DNA of 29,195 bases, taken from an uncultured bacterium. Its GTDB lineage: Bacteria; Krumholzibacteriota; Krumholzibacteriia; WVZY01; JAKEHA01. Position numbers and translations under genes: made by a program. The DNA is taken from contig CAZPUV010000003.1 in assembly GCA_964589805.1 (NCBI GenBank), positions 1-29,195 on the forward strand. The letters run 5' to 3'. Below are positions 1 through 8,500 of the stretch, one piece after another. The notes under the pieces are model-generated. The model was not told where the DNA came from and did not search any database. It was given only the letters and a program-made list of their open reading frames with translations. The first letter of the stretch is position 1. Each line of letters starts with the position of its first letter.

Positions 1-282
1 GCCCATGATCGACGCCGCGAGCGCCAGGCCCAGGCCGGTGTTGCCCGACGTGCACTCGACGATCGTCCCGCCCGGCTTCAGGTTCCCCTTGCGCATCTCC
101 TCGCGGATCATGTGGATGCCGATCCTGTCCTTGACGCTGCCACCGGGGTTGAAGAACTCGAGCTTCGCCAGCACGGTGCACTCGACACCCGCCGTGACGC
201 GGTTCAACTTGATCAACGGGGTGTTGCCGATCGTCCCGAGGACGTCGTCGGCGTACTTGACGCGGCGGAGTCGTTCGCTCAT
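1..282 (-). CDS. PLP-dependent cysteine synthase / cystathionine beta-synthase family protein (N-terminal 94 aa, runs off the window)
   Basis: Not in the ORF track; translated by hand from ATG at 282: MSERLRRVKYADDVLGTIGNTPLIKLNRVTAGVECTVLAKLEFFNPGGSVKDRIGIHMIREEMRKGNLKPGGTIVECTSGNTGLGLALAASIMG. It contains GNTPL, NPGGSVKDR (PLP lysine) and TSGNTG. GGAG Shine-Dalgarno lies just upstream. Confidence 0.93.
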   Translation of the reverse strand, partial: MSERLRRVKYADDVLGTIGNTPLIKLNRVTAGVECTVLAKLEFFNPGGSVKDRIGIHMIREEMRKGNLKPGGTIVECTSGNTGLGLALAASIMG

Positions 283-332
283 GAGTCTCCCCGGGCGCAA
301 CCGTGTCGCACCCGCTTCCTACGGTTCGCCAC

Positions 333-2723
333 CTAGCGCACGACCACGACCTTGCGCACCGCCTTGGCACCGCCCGCGGCGATGCGCACGAAGTACACCC
401 CGGCGGGGACCGGCGCGTCGTTTGTGCCCGTGCCGTCCCAGCGCAGGGTCAGCACGTCGTCCAGGATGGCCCGGTCCTCGAGCAGCCGGATGCGGCGCCC
501 GCGGACGTCGTAGACGGCCACCGTGACCGGGGTCGCCAGCCGCTGCGGCGCCTGAGGATTCCCGCCGTAGGAGCGCGGCACCTGGATCGAGAGCAGCACG
601 GCACCGCGGGTCGGGTTCGGGGAAACGCCGGACACCAGTTCGCCGGCCGGAACCGGGATGGCCGCGGTCTGGGTGACGACTTCCGACATCGAACTGTACT
701 CTCTGGGCTGGCCACCGATGTCCAGCGAGAAGACGCCCTCCACGTAGTAGCGATAGTCCCGCCCCGGTTCGACGTTGCGGTCGATGAAGCGGTACGGCAC
801 GAAGCCGTTTCCTCCGGGACTTTCGGGGGCCACGTAGGCCCGGTTGATCTTCGTTCCGGGGAGAGCCTCGCCGGGATCCAGCCGGTAGACGTTGAACTGC
901 GCGCCGAACACCTCGCCGGCCGTCTCCCACGTGACGTCGATCCGGTCGAATCCCACCGACGCGCCCACCCGGCTGTAATTGACACCGATGAAGTATATCC
1001 GCTTCACGAAGTCGGCCGGAGCCGCCGGATACCCGAACGCATTTCGGGCGCGGACGATGATGACGCTCTGCCCCCCCTGGGCGAGGGCAATGCGGGACTC
1101 GAATTCCTCCTCGATCCCATCCATCTTGCCGTCCACGGGTTTCAGGTCGACGCCGGCGCTCTGCCCCAGCGACAGCCTGACCGATCCCAGCCGGGCGGCG
1201 TAATCGACGCGCGTCCCCGGCTCCTGGCGCGAATTCTGGTTGGGAACGGCGCGCGACACGGCGCGGAAACGAAGCGTGAAGTCTCTGGTCGTGACCGTCT
1301 CGGGACCCTCGGGCTCGAACACGATCTCCGGTGCGGCCTCGAAGACATCCGCGAACCCGTTCGCGTTGGCGTCGATCACGCCCAGGTGCCCGAGGCTGTA
1401 ATTGCACCAGGGGCGATCCTGACCCAGACGGGCCGCGCTGTGCATGATGCAGGCCTTGAGTTCCTCGCAGCGCAACTGCTGTCCGTCCGGGAGGGTCACC
1501 GTGATGTTCCCGTTGTCGTAGTTGAGGTATCCGGACCGCCCCGAACACGTGCCCGGCGCACCCGGGTACTCGTCCAGGGTCCAGAAGAGATGACCCACCT
1601 CGTGCTGCACGATCTTGGAGTAAACCAGTGTTTCGCCGATGTTGTTCGGGTCGAGGCCGGCCGGGAACGGTTCCAGCATGTAGGGGCCGCCCAGGAACGC
1701 ATAGGCCGTGTAGAAGGCGTTGCCGTTGCCGAACCGGTGGTTGGGGACATTGCGCGCGCAGGCGATGAACGACGTCACCACCCACTGCGTCCGGTAGAGC
1801 GCGCGCATCGCCTCGTTGAACTCGTGGACGGCCACGTGGCTGTCGTTCGTGCGCAGGCCCCATCCCATGCCCCGCATGACGTCGACGATCCAGCGCTCGT
1901 CGGTGTTCATGTCGTGCTTGATGGGCTCGTAGCCGGTGGGTATCCGCTTATTCATGTTGAAGGTGGCGTTGATATCCATCTGTGTCCACGCCTGCCACGC
2001 CAGGAACGCACCCGCACTCCCCTTCTCCGCCTCGCGCATGTCATTGGCGGACCAGTCCTCGGTGCTCGGGTCAATCTGCCCGTTGCTCTCCGGGAAGATG
2101 AAGTTGGCGAGGATCGTCCCGGTCAGTATCTCGGAATTCTGCTGGATGGGGCGGACTGCCTGGACACCCGGCGCATCGGATCGCAGCGACAGGGCCCGCT
2201 CCACGTTGCGCTGGATTTCGAGCGCGCGCTCCGGCGGGATGTGCAGCACCACGTCGTCCAGAGGTTCGCCCGCCGCCGTGCCCGGCGACGCGGGTTCGGC
2301 CGGCGCGCGGTCCACCCAATCGTAGGCTTCCACGATCCACCCCCACGGTTCCGACCCGAGTGTTGCGTGCGCGCGCGGCGCCAGCGCCCTCGCCGACTCG
2401 TCGCGGAAACCCGCGGGCACCGGGACCGAAACCGCGGTCTCGGGCGTCATCCTGCATACGATCATTCGTTCTTCGAGGAAGAGATTCACGTGCCAGGCAC
2501 CGGCTTCGATGAGGCGGTCGCGGAACTCCAGCGTCTCCTCGAGGGTCGCGCCGCTGGCGAGGAAGAAGGCCCGCTCGCCCGCGTCGGCCGGCCGGGGACG
2601 GGCATCGAGCAGCCGGGTTTCACCGGCCACGGCGATGCGCGCCGGGACGACGGCTGCGAGCGCTCCTGCGACGATCACGGCGGCTGCGAGCGCTCGTTTC
2701 TTGAAAGCGGATGAGTCCAGCAT
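333..2723 (-). CDS. Secreted zinc metallopeptidase (HExxH...DEY) with FN3/Ig-like domain and C-terminal FlgD-Ig / T9SS type-A-like sorting domain, 796 aa
   Basis: N-terminal signal peptide (KKRALAAAVIVAGALAAVVPARIAVA). Zincin motif HEVGHLFWTLDEY, with CIMH downstream as a possible Met-turn. C-terminus PNPT...VYDVRGRRIRLL...WDG...AGVYFVRI...RKVVVVR. GGGAG RBS upstream. Confidence 0.8.
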   Translation of the reverse strand: MLDSSAFKKRALAAAVIVAGALAAVVPARIAVAGETRLLDARPRPADAGERAFFLASGATLEETLEFRDRLIEAGAWHVNLFLEERMIVCRMTPETAVSVPVPAGFRDESARALAPRAHATLGSEPWGWIVEAYDWVDRAPAEPASPGTAAGEPLDDVVLHIPPERALEIQRNVERALSLRSDAPGVQAVRPIQQNSEILTGTILANFIFPESNGQIDPSTEDWSANDMREAEKGSAGAFLAWQAWTQMDINATFNMNKRIPTGYEPIKHDMNTDERWIVDVMRGMGWGLRTNDSHVAVHEFNEAMRALYRTQWVVTSFIACARNVPNHRFGNGNAFYTAYAFLGGPYMLEPFPAGLDPNNIGETLVYSKIVQHEVGHLFWTLDEYPGAPGTCSGRSGYLNYDNGNITVTLPDGQQLRCEELKACIMHSAARLGQDRPWCNYSLGHLGVIDANANGFADVFEAAPEIVFEPEGPETVTTRDFTLRFRAVSRAVPNQNSRQEPGTRVDYAARLGSVRLSLGQSAGVDLKPVDGKMDGIEEEFESRIALAQGGQSVIIVRARNAFGYPAAPADFVKRIYFIGVNYSRVGASVGFDRIDVTWETAGEVFGAQFNVYRLDPGEALPGTKINRAYVAPESPGGNGFVPYRFIDRNVEPGRDYRYYVEGVFSLDIGGQPREYSSMSEVVTQTAAIPVPAGELVSGVSPNPTRGAVLLSIQVPRSYGGNPQAPQRLATPVTVAVYDVRGRRIRLLEDRAILDDVLTLRWDGTGTNDAPVPAGVYFVRIAAGGAKAVRKVVVVR

Positions 2724-2750
2724 GGGACGCTCCCCGGGTCAATGGTTCGA

Positions 2751-3569
2751 TCAGGGCGACGGGATGAGTGGCTTCGCGCGGTCGCCGAACGCGACAAGGA
2801 CGCTCGTCGTCCGGGAATGCCGCGGACCCGCTTCGGGAATGCCCTTGATCGAGGGCACCGTCCGGGTCTCGCGAACGCGCTCGATCTCGCATCGCGCCAG
2901 GCGGAAGACGGGCACGTCGGGCGAACGCCACACCTTTACTCTATCGACATTCCGCTGCAACAGTTTCACGCGGCCGGCCGGAATCTCGCGCGAGACGACG
3001 TTCTCGAACTGGCGCATCTCGCCGGTGATCCTGCCCGCCGGTGTCGACACGGTGGCGCCGGGCGTGACCTTCCAGTCGCTTTCGGAGGCGGGGTGGACGA
3101 TCGTCAGCCGTGTCAGGTCCCGCGGGTCACCCTTCTCGACCGGGCCACGGCCTCTTCTAATATAGAGCCGGCTCACGTACCGGTAAAGGGAGTCTCCGGC
3201 CGCCATGGCGCGGACGGCGCCATCGACCAGGAAGCGCGCCGCATCGCGCTCACCCGCTCCGGCCCCGACCGGACCATTCTCGATCTCGAGCCAGTAGGCG
3301 TCGCGCGATTGCTCACGGCCGACCACGGCGATGTACACCTCGCTGGAATCCACCTCCCCCATCGCTTCGTCGATCACAATGTAGCGGCACCATTTCCCCA
3401 CCGCGAAATCCACGTCGCGGATGTCGATCCCGGGGAGCAGGAGCGTGCCCGTTTCGTCCGCGTACGACGCGGGCGCCAGGAGCAGCAGCGCCAGGACACC
3501 GGCCGCGCCGAGGCCGCGGCTAATGCGCGATCTGCTGCCAGTCGGCATCGTAATCGAAACCCGGGTCAT
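2751..3569 (-). CDS. Hypothetical exported protein, DUF3108-like beta-rich fold (start at 3569 or 3548)
   Basis: Hydrophobic signal (GVLALLLLAPASYA). GKWCRY, TVSTPAGR and VWRSPDVP segments resemble DUF3108-like proteins from memory. Either start overlaps the 3' end of the upstream cytochrome gene. Confidence 0.65.
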   Translation of the reverse strand: MTRVSITMPTGSRSRISRGLGAAGVLALLLLAPASYADETGTLLLPGIDIRDVDFAVGKWCRYIVIDEAMGEVDSSEVYIAVVGREQSRDAYWLEIENGPVGAGAGERDAARFLVDGAVRAMAAGDSLYRYVSRLYIRRGRGPVEKGDPRDLTRLTIVHPASESDWKVTPGATVSTPAGRITGEMRQFENVVSREIPAGRVKLLQRNVDRVKVWRSPDVPVFRLARCEIERVRETRTVPSIKGIPEAGPRHSRTTSVLVAFGDRAKPLIPSP

Positions 3570-4956
3570 CGCTCTCCGTGTGGCATTTTACACAGCTCTC
3601 GGCCGCGCGCTTCCGGTACGAGCCATCCCTGGCGTGCTCGCTCCCGGGACCGTGGCACGCCTCGCACTGCACGTCGACCAGGTCCACGAGCGCGCCGCGG
3701 GCTCGGAATCCGCGGAAACCACCCGGCTCGCCGAACCCGGTGACGTGGCACCCGACGCAACTGGTGTCGCGGTGCACGAACTGGGACGTGAGCGTGGCAT
3801 ACGCCCGCGCGTGCGCGGTCCCCATGTACACCTCGAACGCGTCCGCGTGGCACGACTGGCAGGCTCCCACGCCCAGGTAGCGGTGGCTGCCGGGACCACC
3901 GTCGGCGGACTGGAGCTGCTGGCGCGCGTAGAGCTCCTTCTGCACCTTGCGATTCTCCTCGTCGAACTCGTCGAGCCGGCGCGTCATCTCGGGGTCGTCC
4001 GGGACCGACGCGATCAGCGGATGAATACGGTTGCGACTGCCGGCCACCCGTTTCTTCGCTCCGAGCGTGATGCCGAGTTCGCCGATGAACTGGCCCTGCG
4101 ACGTCGCGCGAAGCAGCGTCGTGTTCCGGACCACGGGCGGTTCGCCGAGAGGTCCGCCCTGCGGGTCGTGCCCGAGCACGATGAAGTCGATTCCGTCGAC
4201 GGTCTCCGCGATGCGCGTCGCCTCCTCCTGGCTCATGTGCGCGAGCAGCACCATCACGTCGCAGGCGGCCCGCAGTTCGGGGGCCACCGCGCGCACCGCT
4301 TCGAGAGGATCGCCGATCGTGTACGTGAGACTCTCCACCGTGGCCGGCGTCTCCCCGCCGACCGCGCGCGCGGCCTTGGTGGCGGGCGAAATGACCCCGA
4401 GGAACCCGAATCGCGCTCCGGCCCGCCGGACGATCACGTAGGGCGGGAACGCCGTCCCGAGCCGGTCCGCCACCCGGTCCGCCGGTCCACCCGTGCGGAC
4501 CCGGAGCGAGTCCCCCCGGGCCACCAGGTTGGCACACACGATCGGAAGCCGGTACTCCCGGGCATCCCGGGCCAGGGCCGCCAGGCCGAAATTGAGGTCC
4601 ATTTCGCCCACGCCCACGGCGTCGTAGCCCAGCACCCCCATCATGCGCGCCACGAAGTGCGACTTGGCCTCGTTGAACACGTCCGCCGTGCCGAAGAAGT
4701 CTCCCGCCGTGCACAGGATCACCGGCGCCGGCCGCGACCTCAGGTCGTTGAGCAAACTCGCCCGCCGGGCGAGACCGCCAGAGGCGTTGGCGTGTCACCC
4801 GCAGGGTCGATAATAGGCGCGCGTGTCGCTCTCGTAGACCAGGCGGACGTCGGGCTCGGGCGGCGCCTCGCCGGCTGTTTCCGGCGGCGACTGCGCGAAG
4901 CCATAGGCCGCCGCGAGGACGGCGAGGAAAGGCGCGATACGAAGGAATCGAGTCAT
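3520..4956 (-). CDS. Exported UshA/5'-nucleotidase-like (seleno)protein fused to a tetraheme cytochrome c domain; in-frame TGA at 4795-4797 predicted as selenocysteine (U54); 478 aa
   Basis: ORFs 4795..5037 and 3520..4755 are in the same frame, separated only by TGA: ...YYRPCG*HANASGGLARRASLLNDL.... ATG at 4956 gives a signal peptide. Metallophosphoesterase-like segments GGLARRA, TAGDFF, LGYDAVGVGEMD and LGHD are present. Four CxxCH motifs lie at 3847-3861, 3745-3759, 3652-3666 and 3580-3594. Confidence 0.88.
4757..4773 (-). promoter_or_regulatory. Candidate bacterial SECIS hairpin
   Basis: mRNA CUCGCCC-GGC-GGGCGAG forms a perfect 7-bp stem. The loop begins with G, 29 nt 3' of the UGA. Confidence 0.6.
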
Positions 4957-4962
4957 GCCCGG

Positions 4963-4992
4963 AATATACCACGCGGGCGCGTGACGCCGCAA
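4963..4992 (-). promoter_or_regulatory. Sigma70-type promoter with extended -10, probably leaderless
   Basis: TTGCGG-N18-TATATT with TG at the extended position. The -10 box ends 6 nt before ATG 4956, and there is no Shine-Dalgarno. Confidence 0.65.
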
Positions 4993-5035
4993 CTGCTTGG
5001 GGGAGATTAAGTTGGGCGTTCGTCCCGGAGGAGCC

Positions 5036-5072
5036 AAAAAGAAGCAGGCGGGGCGCCCGGCGCTCCGCCTGC
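5036..5072 (-). terminator. Intrinsic terminator downstream of HU
   Basis: GCAGGCGGAGCGC-CGG-GCGCCCCGCCTGC stem (one mismatch) followed by TTCTTTTT on the minus strand. Confidence 0.85.
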
Positions 5073-5096
5073 CCGGAAAACCGTGAACGGTTTCCC

Positions 5097-5390
5097 TTAC
5101 ACCTTTACGCGGTCCTTCAGTGCACGGCCCGCGGAGAATGCCGGGAACTTCGTTGCCGGGATCTCGATGGTCGCACCCGTCTGCGGATTGCGTCCCTCCC
5201 GCTTCTTCCGCTTGCGGATCTGGAACGTTCCGAAGCCGGTTATCTGGACCTTGCGTCCTGACTTGAGCTCGTTGGCGATGATGCCGTTCTTCGGGGTGGT
5301 GCTGAAAATCGCATCGACGACGTTCTTGGCGTCCTTCATCGTGAGCCCTGTCTTCTGTGCTACGCGTTCGACGAGTTCGGTCTTGTTCAT
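5097..5390 (-). CDS. hup: HU family DNA-binding protein, 97 aa
   Basis: MNKTELVERVA...KVQITGFGTF...GRNPQTGATIEIPATKFPAFSAGRALKD. GGAGGTG RBS precedes ATG 5390; the ORF-track extension to 5498 covers the promoter. Confidence 0.97.
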   Translation of the reverse strand: MNKTELVERVAQKTGLTMKDAKNVVDAIFSTTPKNGIIANELKSGRKVQITGFGTFQIRKRKKREGRNPQTGATIEIPATKFPAFSAGRALKDRVKV

Positions 5391-5419
5391 GAAGTCACCT
5401 CCTTCCCGTTCTGACGCGA

Positions 5420-5449
5420 ACTCTATCGACCCTTCAAAAAACGTGTCAA
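5420..5449 (-). promoter_or_regulatory. Sigma70-type promoter of hup
   Basis: TTGACA-N18-TAGAGT, 29 nt upstream of the start codon. Confidence 0.75.
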
Positions 5450-5522
5450 CACTTATTCGGCGGTTCTTGGCTTGGCGACGGCTAATTCCGGGGGACAACC
5501 CCGGACGGCGTTTCCGGCGGGG

Positions 5523-8500
5523 TCAGAATCGTCCGATGAGGCCGCCCCCGACACCCCTGTCCCCCGATTCTGCGAACAGGTCGGGGTGCGCCTTGAGCGC
5601 GATGCGGAAGTAGTACTGCCACTCGTCGCCGAGCTGCTGGCGCGAGAAGCTCATCTCCCAGCAATGCAAGTCGCGTGTGACGCTGAAGTTCTGGCCGGAC
5701 AGCCGCTGCTGCTCGACGTCGTAGATCGTCGAGTAGTCCACGCGCCACCGGTCGGTGAGCTTGACGTCCCAGCCGACACGCAGCGTCGAATTCACGGCAC
5801 CCGTGGCACCCTTGCTGTAGCTCAGACCGAGCGACAGATTCCAGGGGAGCCTGCCCTCCTGGACGTCCAGTTCCCCGCTCTCGGACGCGGATCGCTCGCC
5901 CACGAAATCGCCGGTCTGGACGAACTCCACGCCCCCGGCGGCGAAGTCGCGACCCTTCGCGCGCGTCGCGGCGGCGGTGTCGGCCGCGGCGACCACGTTC
6001 AACTCCCTCACTTCCACCGAGGACGAACGGCCGAACGGGTGCGTCCCGCTGATACGGAATGAGGTCGTGGCGTTCGTGTTGAGAACGTCGAAGGTGTACG
6101 GATCGACGGAGTTGTTTATGGAGAGATTCGCCCCCGCGATCACGGTGTTGAAGCTGCTCCCGATCGTGCCCCACGCCTTCGACAGCGGCACATCGGGCCG
6201 ATAGCTCGTGGTCAGGTTCCAGATGACGACGCCGGAGAGCTTCTGGACGTCCTCCTCGCCGGTGGACGTCGTGTCGTCGCGGGCCACCTTGACGTCGATG
6301 GAGTTGCGCAGGCCGAGCGACACGGACTGCTGTCGCGGGCGTTCGTTGCGGGGCGGCGTGTAGCTGTACGACGCAGACGGAGATACGGCGTGACGGATTC
6401 CGCGGATCCTCCCGATGTGCGGGTAGAATGTCCCGTAGAAGTTCGTGTTCGCGCTTCCTCCCAGGCTCCATGTGAAGTCGTTCTTCGTCTCCACGGAATC
6501 GATGGCCGAGACGAAGGTGGTGTCGATGGCGTTCCCGACCCTCCGGTACTCCTCGTGCGCATCGCGCCGGAAGTCCGTCCGCGTGCTGGTGAGGCTCGTG
6601 TTGATTCCGGGCGACAGCGTCACGAAGCCCAGCTTCTGCGGGCTCGAGAAGCTCAGACCCGCGCGGCCGCTGACGACCTCGTTCCGCTCGAACAGCTTCT
6701 CGTTGACGCGGCGGCTCCCCCCCAGGGACGGCGAGTAGCGCGTGCTCCTGAGCAATCCCGACCAGAATCCATCCGCCGCGCCCGCGTCGGGCCCGAAGTA
6801 GAGGCTCCGCGATGGAATCGAGAGCGTGACGTCGGGCATGGTCATGTCCACCCGGGTGGCGTTCGGATCGACGATGTTGAGATTCTGCGTGCGGCTCGCG
6901 GATGCGCTGAACCCCACGGTGTCCCAGCTCTTGCGGACACTGGCCGTGGACCGGATCGACCGGTCGATGTAGCGATTCACGTCGTCGATGGTGTTGACAC
7001 TCTGCGGCGCGTCGTCGCTCGAGACGAACCTCAGCTGGGCATTCAGCGTGAATTTCTCGCCCAGGGTCTGACCGTGTGATCCGTCGATGGTCCACTGGGT
7101 GGACTGGTCGTTCAGATCGCGGAAATACGAGAAGTTCGCCCCCCCGTCGAACTTGTAGCGCAGGCGGTAGCGATTCTGGACGTGCGCTCGCCACGACCGG
7201 TCCTCGTTGAAATCCGTGACGAGCGTGAAGTCCGTGTAGTCGTTCGTGGCCCAGTAGTAGCCGACGTTGCGGATGAACCGCCCCGATTCTCCGGTGATGC
7301 CGAATTCGATGTCCGGCCTCAGGAACCCCGACTGCCGTCCCCGGCGTATGCTGTTGGCCATGAACGGAAGCGCGATGATGGGGGTCTTTCCGACGTGCAG
7401 CCAGATGGGCCCCGTGAAGACCTTGTCCTCCGGGTAGACCTTCATGGTCCGGGCGGCGAAGTGGTAGTGGGGTTCCGCGAGATCGCAAGTGGTGTACCAC
7501 GAGTTCCACACCTTCATCTCGTTCTCACCCACCTTGGCCATGTTCTCGCCGCTGTAGAAACCCTCCTCGTAGCGGGTGGAGCCGGAGAGCACGAGCCCCG
7601 TCTCCGTGTCCATGTCGTACTCCATGCGTTTCCCGAGCAGTTTCTGACCGCCCTCGGTGAGCACGGGTGCGCCGGCCGCGTCGAGGATCTGCAGATCGAA
7701 GTAGTACGTGATCATGTCGCCGGCCAGTTCGCTGTTGCGGTAGCGCACGCGCGCCGACTCGCGCAACACGAGCTGTTTGCGGTCGGCGAAGTACTGGACG
7801 TGCTCCGCGGCATAGGCAACCCGATCCGCGCGCGCGGCGAATGGAACGTACTGGAGGGTCGTGTCCGCGACGGCGCGAAGGCTGTCCGCGGTCTGCCCGG
7901 TGGAGAGGTCGACGTAGCGGTACACGCCATCGGACTTCCCCGATACGTCGACGTACTCGATGGCCTGGTCGCCGAAGCGGAAGAACATCTCGTCGCCGCG
8001 CACGGAGTTCCCTTCCACCTTCTTCGGGTTCGACGGGAAGTACTCGCTGGATGCGTTGCCGGTGACGCGCAGCGAGTCGAGGCCGTTGCCGTGCAGGTAG
8101 AGCGTCATGGAGTCGCCGCGGATGCGGCTGTCGCGGCCGGTCACCAGGGAGTCGCGCACCGCTTCCGTGATCTCCGCCCTGCCCTCGACATCGACGCGGT
8201 GGATCTCGCTCTCGTTGTAGAAGGCGACCATGCGTTCGCCCTTCATGGTCACGTTGTTCTGCTTCGCGATCGGATTCCCGAACAGCTCCACGCGCTTGAG
8301 ATCGTCGTAGACCATGGCGGAATCGCACTGGGTCACGGTGTTTCCCTTGAGGATCCGCACCGCGTAGTAGGCGGAGGCCCGCGAGCTGTCGGGGTAGACA
8401 CGCATGGTGTCGGCCAGGACTCGCACCGGCTCCGGATCGCCCGGGCCGGAGATCAGCTCCGGGTCCTGGTCCACGACACCCTCGCCGCGATTGCGGTAGA

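Noticed and set aside
2651-2695. 15-nt direct repeat CGGCTGCGAGCGCTC at 30-nt spacing
   Set aside because: It encodes the repeated ALAA of the signal peptide; two copies only, so not a CRISPR array or mobile-element end.
303-2714. 803-aa plus-strand ORF, and similar long plus-strand ORFs (3421-5010, 7182-9458, 9053-10675, 17795-19033, 21297-22793, 26177-27430)
   Set aside because: Antisense shadows of well-supported minus-strand genes in GC-rich DNA; no recognisable motifs and biased toward Arg/Gly/Ala/His/Val.
4795-4797. Reading the TGA as a pseudogene-forming nonsense mutation or as a reassigned genetic code
   Set aside because: The CxU context, downstream hairpin and otherwise intact gene favour Sec, and TGA terminates many other genes here. 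A sequencing error cannot be fully excluded without reads.
5391-5498. N-terminal extensions in the ORF track for HU (and for lptD, ROK, PNP, rimI, tsaE, porX, kinase, rmlB, NTase, rmlC)
   Set aside because: Homology, RBS or promoter positions and stop/start overlaps support the shorter starts given in the features.
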